64,000 bases of DNA from an uncultured Chthonomonadaceae bacterium (GTDB lineage: Bacteria; Armatimonadota; Chthonomonadetes; Chthonomonadales; Chthonomonadaceae). Where the stretch lies: contig CAWIEK010000050.1 of NCBI GenBank assembly GCA_963835065.1, positions 1 to 64,000 on the forward strand, written 5' to 3'. Under the pieces are notes generated by a model, which saw only the letters and a program-made list of their open reading frames with translations, had not been told where the DNA came from and did no database searches. Position numbers and translations under genes: made by a program. Below, piece by piece: positions 35,120-45,977 of the stretch (the first letter of the stretch is position 1; each line of letters begins with the position of its first letter).

Positions 35120-35635
35120 ATGGAACTGAACACTATAGATGTCCTTGTCCTTCTTAAGATACAAGCGTTAGAGTCTGAGCAGTGGACGCAAACTTCTCTT
35201 GCTAACGAACTCTGTGTCTCACAATCGCAGGTACACGCCGCGTTAAAACGCGCGGAAGCGGCACGTCTCTTTTCCTCTGTGTCGAAACGCCTCTCCCGGC
35301 AGGCGCTTGCGGAGTTTCTTATTCATGGCGTGAAGTATGCGTTTCCTCCTGAGCGGGGAGGACTGACGCGCGGAATTGTAACAAGTTATGCAGCTTCCCC
35401 TCTCCACGACCTTATTGTGCAGCCGGATACGCCGCCTCCCGTATGGCCTCATGCCGAGGGCACACAAAGAGGATATGAGTTCGAGCCTTTGGATAAGCGC
35501 GCCCCCAGGGCTGCGCTTAAGGATTCAAAACTCTATGAGCTACTGGTACTGGTAGACGCGATCCGAGACGGACGCCCCAGGGAGACAAATCTTGCTGTCG
35601 GTATTTTGAACGAGCGATTAGGACAGGGCGCATGA
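35120..35635 (+). CDS. HTH protein, putative type IV TA (AbiEi-like) antitoxin
   Basis: N-terminal HTH (QTSLANELCVSQSQVHAALKR), EFLIHGVKYAFP, translationally coupled to a nucleotidyltransferase. Confidence 0.6.
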   Translation: MELNTIDVLVLLKIQALESEQWTQTSLANELCVSQSQVHAALKRAEAARLFSSVSKRLSRQALAEFLIHGVKYAFPPERGGLTRGIVTSYAASPLHDLIVQPDTPPPVWPHAEGTQRGYEFEPLDKRAPRAALKDSKLYELLVLVDAIRDGRPRETNLAVGILNERLGQGA

Positions 35636-36330
35636 CCAACCGGGAAATCGCCAGAGAGAATATCCTGCGCGTTGCGCGTAAGTTGGGCCATTTACGGGAA
35701 CGAGCCGTGTTTTTGGGAGGAGCCGTTACCGCGCTCCTGATCACGGACCCGGCTGCGCCCGATGTTCGTCCCACAAAGGACGTGGACATTGCTGTCCAAA
35801 CCGTCTCGCTTTCTGACACGGTGCGGCTGGATGAAGAATTGAGGGCGCTTGACTTTCAACACTGCATGGACCCGGGGGCGCCAATCTGCCGATGGGTTAT
35901 TGAGGACTGTCTGGTGGATGTAATCCCGGTCGGGACAGGCATCAATGCCTATAAAGATCGCTGGTCTCCGGCTGCTATCGAGCAGGCGCAGCATGTAGAG
36001 TTTGAACCTGGGCTTTGGATTCGCCATGTAACAGCGCCTTACTTCGTCGCCATTAAATTGGAAACCTTTGGCGACCGGGGAGCAGGAAACTATCAGGACA
36101 GCCAGGACATAGATGACATCATTCAATTGATTGATGGCCGTCCAGAACTTATAGCCGAACTCGCGGCTTCAGAACCTGCCCTACGCGCATACGTTGCTTC
36201 AGAATTTCGCGTACTCCTGGAAAGCAGCCGATTCCTGGACGCAATTTCCGCGCACCTTCTTCCAGACGCGGCGAGTCAGGCCAGAGAACTCCTTATTCTT
36301 GAGCGGATGACCCATATCCAAGTTTTATGA
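35632..36330 (+). CDS. AbiEii/DUF1814-like nucleotidyltransferase
   Basis: VFLGGAV...VRPTKDVDI, VDVIP, K...RG...SQDIDDI. Confidence 0.7.
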   Translation: MTNREIARENILRVARKLGHLRERAVFLGGAVTALLITDPAAPDVRPTKDVDIAVQTVSLSDTVRLDEELRALDFQHCMDPGAPICRWVIEDCLVDVIPVGTGINAYKDRWSPAAIEQAQHVEFEPGLWIRHVTAPYFVAIKLETFGDRGAGNYQDSQDIDDIIQLIDGRPELIAELAASEPALRAYVASEFRVLLESSRFLDAISAHLLPDAASQARELLILERMTHIQVL

Positions 36331-36348
36331 CCGCAGGAGGAGGTTGCC

Positions 36349-36684
36349 ATGCAATCTTATGCAGAAAAACGACCCGTCTACCCCATCCATCCCGGCGCAA
36401 TCCTGGCGGATGAATTAGCCGAACTCCAAATGTCACCTGCCGAACTGGCCCGCGAATTGCATGTTCCCTCGAATCGCCTGTATCAGCTGATTGCCGGCAA
36501 ACGCGCTATGACCGCCGACACAGCCTTGCGTCTGGAACAATGGCTCGGTGTTGAAGCAGCCTTTTGGATGAACCTGCAAAAAAGCTACGAACTTGACCTT
36601 GCCACCGAGCAAATCGGCGAGGAAATCAAGCGGTTAATCCGCCGCCGCGCCCCGGTTTCCCAGGAGCAGACAATAGCCGCCTGA
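36349..36684 (+). CDS. higA: HigA-family antitoxin (XRE HTH)
   Basis: IHPGAILADEL, GKRAMTADTALRL and FWMNLQKSYEL. Confidence 0.88.
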   Translation: MQSYAEKRPVYPIHPGAILADELAELQMSPAELARELHVPSNRLYQLIAGKRAMTADTALRLEQWLGVEAAFWMNLQKSYELDLATEQIGEEIKRLIRRRAPVSQEQTIAA

Positions 36685-36703
36685 CGTCAAAGGACAACAA
36701 TCT

Positions 36704-38095
36704 GTGAGCAACATTCTTACTCAAAACTGGCTTCTTTCGCGCCGTCACTTTCTGCGCGGGTGCGGGACTGTAATGGCCCTGCCGCTCCTGGACGCGATGA
36801 CGCCCCTGTTTGCCGGGGCAAGCGCGGTTTCCAAGCCGCGCCGCAGCGTCTTTGTGTATATTCCGAACGGCGTGAACGGCATGGCCTGGCAGGTCACGAA
36901 GCCGGGGCGGGGGTATGAACTTTCCCCCTCGTTGAAGCCGCTGGAAAAGCACCGCGACGATTTCACGGTTTTCAGCGGCCTGCACCACCCGAACGGGCTG
37001 GGGCAGGCGCATGTGTGCGCGGATACCTGGCTGACGGGCGCGAAGATTGACGCGCAAAGCGCGCGGCAGTACCACAACACGGTTTCCTGCGACCAGCTTA
37101 TGGCCGAAGTCACCTCCAAGCATACGCGCTTCGCTTCGCTGGAACTGTCCATCAGTTCGGGAACCGGGCAGCCGAACAACTCAACGACGCTTGCTTTTTC
37201 CCGTGACGGCGTGCCGCTCCCCGCCGAAGACAACCCCCGCAACATTTTCGACCGGCTGTTCGGCGCAGAGTCCGGCGGCGTGGCGGCGCAGCGCGCCCGT
37301 TTGAACAAACGCCATTCGGTGCTGGATGCCATACTCGATGACGCGAAATCCCTGCGTCTTGGGCTTGGCGTTAATGACCGCGCGAAACTGGATGAATACC
37401 TGCACTCGGTACGCGATGTCGAGCAGCGCGCGGAACGGCTGGATGCCTGGCTGGATGTGCCCAAACCCAAAGTGGATGGCGCTCCGTTCCAGCGCGAAGT
37501 TTCCAAAGCGCAGGCCGGGGAATACTGGCGCACCATGTTCGATCTGATCGTACTCGCCCTGCGCACCGACATGACCCGCGTGGTCACGTACATGAACGGC
37601 AGCGAGGGCAACGGGCTGGCGATCCCGGAAATCGGCATCACGCAGTCGCGCCATAACCTGTCGCACCACAACGGCGACCCGGAAATCCTTGCCCGCCTCG
37701 CGCACAGCGATGCGTTTATCATGCGGCAGTTCGCGCATTTCCTGGATCGTCTTCAGGCCGAAACCGAGGACGGGGAAACGCTTCTTGACCGCACGATGGT
37801 GCTGTTCGGCAGCGGCATGAGCTATGGGCACAGCCACTCCAACAGCAATCTGCCTATCCTGCTTGCGGGTGGGCGCGGCCTGGGACTGAAGCACGGCCAG
37901 CACATTGATTACAACAAGCCGCACGTTTCCGGCGAGTATACGCTCAGTTATGACGAGTGGCGCGATCTTTGCGGCAAGCCCCGTGACGAAAAGGCGCGTT
38001 TGAGCAATGTCATGCTCACCATGATGCAGAAGATGGAAGTGAACGCGGAGCGCTTCGTGGACAGCCTGGGGCCGGTGTCAGAGGTAATTGGATGA
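36704..38095 (+). CDS. DUF1552 (HXXSHH) protein with Tat-like N-terminus
   Basis: SRRHFLRG, YIPNGV, HNLSHH, TLLDRTMVLFGSGM and NLPILLAGG. Confidence 0.92.
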   Translation: MSNILTQNWLLSRRHFLRGCGTVMALPLLDAMTPLFAGASAVSKPRRSVFVYIPNGVNGMAWQVTKPGRGYELSPSLKPLEKHRDDFTVFSGLHHPNGLGQAHVCADTWLTGAKIDAQSARQYHNTVSCDQLMAEVTSKHTRFASLELSISSGTGQPNNSTTLAFSRDGVPLPAEDNPRNIFDRLFGAESGGVAAQRARLNKRHSVLDAILDDAKSLRLGLGVNDRAKLDEYLHSVRDVEQRAERLDAWLDVPKPKVDGAPFQREVSKAQAGEYWRTMFDLIVLALRTDMTRVVTYMNGSEGNGLAIPEIGITQSRHNLSHHNGDPEILARLAHSDAFIMRQFAHFLDRLQAETEDGETLLDRTMVLFGSGMSYGHSHSNSNLPILLAGGRGLGLKHGQHIDYNKPHVSGEYTLSYDEWRDLCGKPRDEKARLSNVMLTMMQKMEVNAERFVDSLGPVSEVIG

Positions 38096-40312
38096 GAGCG
38101 TGGCCTGCCCTTATCCTCCCGTTTCTGATCGCGCTTCTTGCGGCACAGGGCGCGAAACCCGCTCTTGTCCCGCAGGCGGCAAAACTCGCGCCTGCCTGTC
38201 AGACGGACGCGAAAGTTCCCGTTCGTGCCGACGCTGCGAACCAAAACCTGCCCGCCTACCGGCTCAAGCCCGGTGAATTTCCGCCCCTTCACTCCGAACA
38301 GCGGGTCGGCGGCGAACTGGTGGAAGCGGATTACATCCATCGCTGCGGCGTGTTCCGCAGGGAGGGCACGGGCGAACGGGTGAATTTCACCCTGCCGCCG
38401 TTCGGTTCCGTGTATTACCTCAACGCCGAGGCCGATCTGCGGGATGTGCCCATCGGAACGTATTTCCAGTTCTTCCTCTACCCGGACGAGAAAGGCGGTT
38501 TTACGCAAGCGGCTACGATGCAGGACGAGTATACCCTGACCGCCGCGCATGGCTTCAGCTATCGGTTGAATGAGGCAAGGCTGGCGGAGGGCAAACTGCT
38601 CATCACCCGGCAGAGCGTACCGAAGAACGAAGCGCAGAACGAATTAACAAATGAAGGGAAGAGCGAGCCGGAGGCCGCGCTGAACGAAATACGGGTAAAT
38701 AACCGTACCCGCGTGTGGAAAGGCGAGAAGCAGGGTACGCTGAACGATCTGGCGGCGGGGGATGAACTGCTTTTCAACTTCACGGGCGGTTGGGGGCAAA
38801 CGCCCCGCCGATGCGCCGACATTTGGGTTGGAGCGGATACCCACAAGTTCGCAACCGAGCAGCAGCGCAAACGACATGCGGCGTTCGTCAAAGAGCGCGG
38901 CGTACCCGCCTGGATAGACCGCGTGGAGGGCGATAAACTCACCGTCACCCTGTTCAGCGGCGATCCCGCCACGCTGCAAGCCCTGTTCAAAGCGGAAAGA
39001 ATTGACCCCGCGCTGTGGGCAAAGGAGCATCGCCGCATTGCCGTCGCCGTCGCCAACGAACACCTGCGCACCTACCTTCCGAACGTGACCAACCGGGGCG
39101 CGACGGTGCAGGAGTTTCAAAGCGTCCCGACAGACGGTTACGGGTGCAGCGGCATACGCTGCGTCATTCAGCCCGAACTGATGCTCGAAGGCTTCCGCAA
39201 AGGCCGCATCGTCCGTCTCTTTCCTCCTTCCTGGCCCATCGAAGCCATGCCGTTTGGCGAGGGGCTGTTTGCCGGAGGACACGATGAGGAACCTGCCGAC
39301 TTCGAAGGAACTCCAGCCCGCAGACTTCCCCTACCGCATGGATTTCGGGAACGAAAACCTGCCCTGGTATCAGCTTCAGCCCGGCGTGTTTCCCCCCGAC
39401 CACTCCGAACACCGTGTCGGCGGCGAACTGGTGAAGGTGGACGCCGCCCACCGCTCCGGCCAATTCCGCATGGATCGCACCGGGGAGTTGGTAAACTTCA
39501 CCCTGCCGCCGTTCGGCTCCGTCCTGTATCTGCAATGCCGATGCCGAATTGGAGGACTTGCCCCTGGGGATGCGCTGCCTCTTCTTTCTCTATCAAGGAC
39601 GAAAAAGGCGCGTTCACCAGAGCCGGCGTCGTCGATGGATGAATACTCTTACCTCGCCGGGAACACGCTGACCTACCGCCTTGAAACAGCGCAACTTGAC
39701 GAGGGCAAGCTGGTCATAGCCCGACACCCCGCGCCCGTGCAGGTGGATTACATACTGGAACCGCGAGTCGCGCCGGACTTTGGCCGTATTGAACTTGAGG
39801 TAGATGCCAAAACCCGCGTCTGGAAAGGCGACCATCAAATCAAACTCAGTGGCCTTGTGGCGGGCGATGAACTGCTCGTCAATCTTGCCGCCCGGACAAC
39901 GACAAGCCGGGGCCGCTGTACCGACATTTGGGTTGGAGCGGATACCCACAAACTCGCCACTGAACAGCAGCGCAAAAAACACGCGGCGTTCGTCAAAGAG
40001 CATGGCGTGCCGGGCTGGATTGACAGCGTGGACGGCAACGAATTCACTGTAACCTTCTTTGCCGGCAATCGAACGGGCTTTGCGGCGCTGTTAGTCCCCG
40101 ACCCTTACGGCAAAAGCGTCCGCGTGGCGCTTGCCGATGAGCAGCGCAATCCCCTGAGCGGCAGAGTGGATCAGATGATCTTCAAGGCCCACCTGCCGGA
40201 CAGGGATACGGCAGGGGTCTACGGGTGCAGTGGCGTATGCTGGGGCTTCGCCTCTGGAAAACTGCCCGAAGGCTACCGCAAAGGCCGTGTCGTCCGCGTC
40301 TACGTTCAGTAA
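38092..40312 (+). CDS. Secreted hypothetical protein with a tandemly duplicated ~370-aa module, several frameshifts
   Basis: NLP.Y.L.PG.FPP..SE.RVGGELV, NFTLPPFGSV, DIWVGADTHK and YGCSG each occur twice, about 1.1 kb apart. Confidence 0.7.
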
Positions 40313-40716
40313 CGATCTTCCGAACCGTCTTTCACGCGTTGTGCGCCTTGCAGCCAATGACCGGGCGCAACATACGGAAACAGCAGCGCGCTCCACCGTT
40401 CCTGTAAGGAAGCGAACAATTGTCTTGTTCCGCAGCCGGAATATAGTTTTGCCTCTGTAACCGGTTGTACCCTGCCCTAAACTTTAGAAGTGTTATTTCT
40501 GCCTGTCCTTCTTTCCGCCTCCTGTAAGGCAACTCTGCTCCTCCTTTTTCAGTAAACAAATGACCGGCCACGTCATAATGTCCTCTGAGTCTTGCGTTTC
40601 CATTTCCCTTCGGAACGCAACTGGAGTTCGACATTGCACATCGGGCTATTGTGGCGTTCGCGCGCAAAACGCAAACCGCGAAATGAAGACGCTCATACGA
40701 AAGGAAGGCAATCACA

Positions 40717-41307
40717 ATGTCGCTTGCCGGTTCGCGCCCCGCTCGTGAAAAGGCTTCCCACGCGCCTCTGGCCGATGTCATGGATCGTAATATCGCTACC
40801 CTGATCGCCATGCGCCAGAAAAGCGAACGCGCCAAAGGGATTCAGGAGCGCGCGGCGGACAGTATCACAGGCTTTACGGGCAGCATGATGTTCGTGTACG
40901 CGCATCTCATCTGGTTCGGAGGCTGGGTCATCTACAACCTGATTTGCCGACGGATGTTGGGCGCAGAGCCGTTCGACCCCTATCCCTTCGGCCTGCTGAC
41001 GATGATCGGCTCGCTGGAAGCGATTTTCCTGTCTACGTTCGTGCTGATCAGTCAGAACCGCATGGCGGCGGCGGCAGACCGGCGCGCAGAACTGGATTTG
41101 CAAATCAACCTGCTGGCCGAGCATGAGGTTACGCAGGTGCTGACGCTTGTGGACGCGATGGCAAAGCAGATGGGCATCCGGCAGCAATTCGACCCCGACA
41201 TCGAAGAGTCGAAAATGGATGTGAATCCCGCCGTCGTCATCGAGGAAATCGAACGGCGCGAGGCAAGCGGAAAGGCAGGCGACATAAGCGAAGCGCCTGT
41301 AACCTGA
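40717..41307 (+). CDS. DUF1003 membrane protein
   Basis: FDPYPFGLL, EAIFLSTFVLISQNR and DLQINLLAEHE. Confidence 0.9.
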   Translation: MSLAGSRPAREKASHAPLADVMDRNIATLIAMRQKSERAKGIQERAADSITGFTGSMMFVYAHLIWFGGWVIYNLICRRMLGAEPFDPYPFGLLTMIGSLEAIFLSTFVLISQNRMAAAADRRAELDLQINLLAEHEVTQVLTLVDAMAKQMGIRQQFDPDIEESKMDVNPAVVIEEIERREASGKAGDISEAPVT

Positions 41308-41397
41308 ATCGAATACTTCATTAAACACGAAAGCGCCTTGAATAGTCTTGAACATCCAAGCAGAGTTGACTTCAAGGCAGAAGAAGGAACCACAAGA

Positions 41398-42108
41398 ATG
41401 TCACTGCTAGACACCCGCGACCTGCTGGAATACGACCTGAGCGTGATGATTGCCGCCGAAAAACAAATACTGGAAATGCTGCCCTTACTTGCCAAAGAAA
41501 GCGACGATACGCTCCTGCGCAACGGCTTCACGCACCATGCAACGCAGACGCGCAAACAAATCGAAAATCTGGAGTCCTGCTGCAGCCTGCTCAACTTTCA
41601 GCCCCGGCAAGCCGTCTGCCATGTTACGGCGGGGCTGAAGCAGGATCATGACACGTTTGCGCAGGAAGGGCCGTCCGCCGCCGCGCAAGTCCTGTTCGAT
41701 ATGGGCGCGGCGCTGAAAACCGAGCATTTCGAGATTGCCTGCTATCGCGGCCTGATTACCAAAGCGTCGCTGATGGGCAAGCCGGAAGTGGTAAACCTGC
41801 TGCAGCAAAATCTGGCGCAGGAAGAGGAGATGGCGCGGCAGTTGGAGGAACTTGCGCCCCTGGAAGCGCGCAAAGCAATGGCAAGCGCAAACGGCGCGTC
41901 GGAGGCGGAGGCGGACGAGGATGAGGAAGCCGCCAATAACCATGTCAAACGCGACAGCGGCCTCCGCATCGGGGAAGGCAATCAAACCGGCAACGACATC
42001 GCCCCGCCCACCACGCTCCGGCATCCCACTGAACAGCGTTTGGAAGAAGCGGGCATCAGCCACAGCGCCGCAGAAGTGCAGCGCGAAGAAGCCGGCGACG
42101 AGCGCTGA
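41398..42108 (+). CDS. YciE/YciF (DUF892) ferritin-like protein
   Basis: AEKQI...LP, HATQTRKQIENL, KTEHFEIACY and NLAQEE. Confidence 0.85.
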   Translation: MSLLDTRDLLEYDLSVMIAAEKQILEMLPLLAKESDDTLLRNGFTHHATQTRKQIENLESCCSLLNFQPRQAVCHVTAGLKQDHDTFAQEGPSAAAQVLFDMGAALKTEHFEIACYRGLITKASLMGKPEVVNLLQQNLAQEEEMARQLEELAPLEARKAMASANGASEAEADEDEEAANNHVKRDSGLRIGEGNQTGNDIAPPTTLRHPTEQRLEEAGISHSAAEVQREEAGDER

Positions 42109-42181
42109 CCCCATCCCTCGGAATAGCTGCCAAAACGAAACCGGCAATGGCGTTCATTTTCCATTGCCGGTTCCCGCTCCT

Positions 42182-42919
42182 TTATTTTGCGGCGTATGCC
42201 GTTCCCTCAATTGCTTCGAGCGCGTCGGCTAACTCGTTGGGCGCTCCCTGCGCGTGGTGTTCCCCGCCCCGGATGCTTTCGTAGCAAAGCGAAGCCGCAA
42301 TCGCGCCAATGGCGGGGCCGACGACATAGACCCAATAAACGGCAAGCGGAGTCGCGCCCCCGAACAGCGCCGGGCCAAGCGAACGCGCCGGGTTCATGGA
42401 GCCGCCCGTAATCGCGCCGCCAATCAGCACGTCGAAGACAACGGTAAGCCCAATCGCCAATCCCGGAACCGCGCCGTTTGCGCGCTTGTCGGTGGCAACG
42501 GCGATGATGACGAGCATGAGAAAGAAGGTAAGCACGGCTTCCACGCCGACTGCGCGCAAAAGCGGACCGCTTGCGGGAATGTGGACGCCATGCCCGCCCC
42601 CGAACAACAGCGCCACGAGGGCAGCCGCCGCAATGCCGCCCAGGAACTCCGCAATCCAGTACGGCAGCACATACTTCCAGGGAAAGCGTTTAGCGACAGC
42701 GAAGCCCAATGTCACCGCCGGGTTGAAATGCGCGGCGGAGATGTGGCCGAGCGCGTAGATCATGGCAAGGACAGCCAATCCCGACACCCACGCAGCCGCC
42801 ATCAGGCTGCTGTCCGCGCCGGGAAAGCGGCCAACCGCCGACAGCGCAACCGGCGGAAAGACAATGCCGAACGTGCCGACAAATTCCGCCACGCAGCGCC
42901 GGAGCATAGCGTTTTCCAA
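42182..42919 (-). CDS. MIP-family aquaglyceroporin, probable arsenite channel
   Basis: ISAAHFNPAVT and GSMNPARS, last gene of the ars cluster. Confidence 0.92.
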   Translation of the reverse strand: MENAMLRRCVAEFVGTFGIVFPPVALSAVGRFPGADSSLMAAAWVSGLAVLAMIYALGHISAAHFNPAVTLGFAVAKRFPWKYVLPYWIAEFLGGIAAAALVALLFGGGHGVHIPASGPLLRAVGVEAVLTFFLMLVIIAVATDKRANGAVPGLAIGLTVVFDVLIGGAITGGSMNPARSLGPALFGGATPLAVYWVYVVGPAIGAIAASLCYESIRGGEHHAQGAPNELADALEAIEGTAYAAK

Positions 42920-42922
42920 CGC

Positions 42923-43330
42923 CTACCCTCCCATTTCTGAAAGCAGTGCTTCCACGCGGGCTTTGATTTCGTCGCGTATAGCGCGCACTTTTTCAAGCGG
43001 CTGCCCTTTGGGATCGTCAAGCCCCCAATCTTCGCTCAGGTGAATGCGCGCCGGGCAAGAGTCCGCGTCCACGCCGCAGCCCATCGTCACAACACGGTCC
43101 GCGCTATCGGCCATTGCCTGCGTGAGCTGCTTGGGTGTCTGCGCTTCCATTGAAACTCCCACTTCCCGCATAACCGCAAGCGCAGCCGGGTTTATCTCCT
43201 CCCCGGCGATGGTTCCGGCAGAAAGCGCGCGAACGGCAAGTCCACGTTCTTTTGCCAGGGTATTCGTGAACGCCTCGGCCATTTGCGAACGTCCGGCGTT
43301 GTGAACGCAGACATAAAGAACCGTTTTCAT
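42923..43330 (-). CDS. arsC: Arsenate reductase, LMW-PTP family
   Basis: CVHNAGRSQMAE, VTMGCG and DWGLDDP. Confidence 0.9.
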   Translation of the reverse strand: MKTVLYVCVHNAGRSQMAEAFTNTLAKERGLAVRALSAGTIAGEEINPAALAVMREVGVSMEAQTPKQLTQAMADSADRVVTMGCGVDADSCPARIHLSEDWGLDDPKGQPLEKVRAIRDEIKARVEALLSEMGG

Positions 43331-43353
43331 CAGGTGTTTTCTCCCTCACAGCC

Positions 43354-43914
43354 TCAGCAGCAACCCGACCCGCAGCATCCCGCGCCCGCGCTTCCTTGCG
43401 CCATCGGCAGCGTTGGCAGGCACACGTCTTTTGCCAGGCAGTCCGTATGCTTATAGCCGAGCGTGAGCGTTACCGCCTCCGCTGTGACCATGTAACCCGT
43501 AACCGGGTACTGCGAAATGGTCACATCTTCATATTCGATTTCAATGTCCAGGTCCCGGCCTTCCGGCAGAACTTTTGTCGCGATGTTCAGCACGTCGGCC
43601 ATTTTGCCCGCAAGCAGGCGGTGTTCGGTATCCGTCCATACCCAAGCCTGCAACTGGCAGGTATGCGTCGTATGGAGCCTGCCGCCGCAGTCAATGAACG
43701 TCTTCTGAATATAAGCGACTTCGGTAATGTGGAAGCAAACGGGAACTGCGTTCTTATTCGGAAGGACAAGGTGGAACGGCTTTTCGCGGTGCGCTTCGAG
43801 CAGACCCTTGAACGCGCTGAATTTCATAGTGCCGGTTTCTTCGTTCGCGTCATTTTCTTTCCTGTCGTTTGTCGGTGTGTTGCTTCTTGGTATGAGGGTG
43901 ATGGTTTCTGCCAT
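43354..43914 (-). CDS. DUF6428-like protein (in frame with the ArsM C-terminus)
   Basis: FHITEV, FIDCGG, QLQAW, IEIEY, TDCLAKDVC and a Cys-rich tail. Confidence 0.65.
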   Translation of the reverse strand: MAETITLIPRSNTPTNDRKENDANEETGTMKFSAFKGLLEAHREKPFHLVLPNKNAVPVCFHITEVAYIQKTFIDCGGRLHTTHTCQLQAWVWTDTEHRLLAGKMADVLNIATKVLPEGRDLDIEIEYEDVTISQYPVTGYMVTAEAVTLTLGYKHTDCLAKDVCLPTLPMAQGSAGAGCCGSGCC

Positions 43915-44845
43915 CGTTGTTCTCGCTTCTTTGTCAACTCCGAGAGTCGCTTCCGATTGGCAGCAGTCGGTTCCACAGCAGGGCGCGGGCTTTGTGGCGC
44001 GGATGAACGCGCCCATAACGCGCCCATCGAGCGCGGCCTTTTCTTCGGCAGGCAACGCCGCCACTTCGGGCGAGCAGCATGTTGTCGCTTCCAGATCGCC
44101 AAAGGTATAGCGGCGGGTCGGCTCAATCGAAGCCTCCGTAAAGCCGACGCGAGCAAGGCGGGCTAGGTAGTCACTCTTTTCAAGCGCGCCAGCGACACAG
44201 CCGACATACGCTTCCATGTCGGCGCGTACGGCAGGAGGGAAGTTCACCGTCTACAACCACATCCGAAACCGCGAACCTGCCGCCGGGTTTCAGGACGCGG
44301 AAGGCTTCGCGGATCACGGCGTCTTTGTCGGCGGAAAGGTTAATCACGCAGTTGGAAATGATAACATCCACGGAGTTATCGGGCAGGGGAATCTCCTCGA
44401 TATGCCCTTTCAAAAACCGGACATTTTCCGCGCCCGCTTTCGCCTTGTTCTTTTCGGCAAGCGCCAACATCTCGTCGGTCATGTCCAGCCCATAAGCAAA
44501 GCCTGTCGGCCCGACCCGCTTTGCCGACAGCAGCACATCAATACCGCCCCCGGAACCCAAATCAAGAACGATTTCACCGGGCTTGAGCGCCGCCAGAGCC
44601 GTCGGATTGCCGCAACCGAGCGAGGCCAGCAGGGCGGCTTCCGGGATACTTGCCGCTTCAACATCATCGTAAAGACCGCCCGTAATCGTGTCGCCATCGC
44701 AGCAGGAATCGCTTCCGCCGCCCGTGTTCCCGCCACAACACGCCGCGCCCTGACCGTTGAGAACGGTCAGCGCCGCCGCGCCGTACTTTTCGCGCACAAG
44801 GTTCCGCACATCGTTTCTATCCGTGAGCTTGATTGTTTCCGCCAT
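43915..44845 (-). CDS. arsM: Arsenite S-adenosylmethyltransferase, frameshift near 44245
   Basis: [35 protein letters not shown] and GCVAGAL. Confidence 0.9.
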
Positions 44846-44865
44846 TGTCGTTCTTTCCTTGTTGT

Positions 44866-45234
44866 TCAGCAGCAGGAGCCGCTTTCGTTCTTGTCTACAA
44901 CGTCGCCACTCAGGTAGGCTGCCAGCGCGGCTACGGCTTCCCGGTTCACGCCGCAGATCATGTTTTTGCCCCGGCGCTCAACCGTAATCAGTCCGGCAAG
45001 GCGCAGTTCTTTCAGATGGTGAGAAATTTTGGAGTTGATCTGCTCCGCGCCCGTGACGTGGCAGCAGACTTCACCCACAGTCGGCCCCACAACCGGGCGC
45101 ACATCGCCGCTTTCCTCAACCGCTACGGGGCAGCAGCACGAGCGCAGAAACGCGAAAATGTGTAAGCGCGTCGGGTCTCCCAACGCTTTGAACATGGCGG
45201 CGGCGTCCAGTCCGTTATCCTCAAGCCTTGTCAT
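44866..45234 (-). CDS. arsR: ArsR/SmtB transcriptional repressor
   Basis: [23 protein letters not shown] and Cys pairs. Confidence 0.9.
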   Translation of the reverse strand: MTRLEDNGLDAAAMFKALGDPTRLHIFAFLRSCCCPVAVEESGDVRPVVGPTVGEVCCHVTGAEQINSKISHHLKELRLAGLITVERRGKNMICGVNREAVAALAAYLSGDVVDKNESGSCC

Positions 45235-45441
45235 TGTTTTCTCATTTCGTGAAATGTTGTAATGAAGATACCCTGACGGCTTTGCGCCTGTCAAGGCCGT
45301 TTCAAACTATTTCAAACTTAACACATTCTAAGCCCGGTTTTCTTCCTTCCCCGGTATACTATCCTTACACAACGTTTGCGGTACGCGCCCTTGTGTACGC
45401 GCTCCATTTTCTTCTGAATTTCTTCTGAAAGGGACAATTCC

Positions 45442-45897
45442 ATGAACCTCAACCGCGCTTTGAAGAGGGCTGTTGGCAGCCTCGCTCTCACCGCCCTGTT
45501 TTGCGCCGGAACCATGTCGGTACACGCGGGTCAGACGCCCAAAACGAAAATGTCGTCTTCGCAGGCCGAAGCCGCCGCGCTCAAGAAGTACAAGAGCGGC
45601 AAAATTCAGGGCAAGACCGAACTGGAAAACGAAGACGGCAAGTGGCAATACGCCGTGATGGTGAAAGTCGGCGCCAAGATGCATGAAGTGATGGTCAACG
45701 CCAACACGGGCAAGATCGAATCGGAAGAAACCGTCACGGCTAAAGAAGAAGCGGCGGAAAAGAAGGCCGAAACCGCCAAAAAGAGCGGCAAGATGGGCAA
45801 AACCGGCAAGGCCGCGAAAGCCGCCAAGCCGGAAGCCGGGGAAAAGGGCGAAAAAGGCGAAGCCGGTGAAAAAGGGGAAAAGGGCGAGAAAGAGTAA
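45442..45897 (+). CDS. Secreted PepSY-domain protein with Lys-rich (GEK)n tail
   Basis: Signal peptide, ELENEDGKWQYAV...EVMVNANTGKI. Confidence 0.8.
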   Translation: MNLNRALKRAVGSLALTALFCAGTMSVHAGQTPKTKMSSSQAEAAALKKYKSGKIQGKTELENEDGKWQYAVMVKVGAKMHEVMVNANTGKIESEETVTAKEEAAEKKAETAKKSGKMGKTGKAAKAAKPEAGEKGEKGEAGEKGEKGEKE

Positions 45898-45977
45898 CTC
45901 GCGCGAACAAAGGGGCTGTTCCTAATGGCGCTAACATCGCTGACGTGGAACAGCCCTTTGTACGCTGATACAGGCTT

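Noticed and set aside
38300..40000. Duplicated segments as a DGR template/variable repeat pair
   Set aside because: Both copies are coding, and the differences are not confined to adenines
45780..45897. Collagen-like protein
   Set aside because: Only a few GEK/GEA triplets in a low-complexity tail
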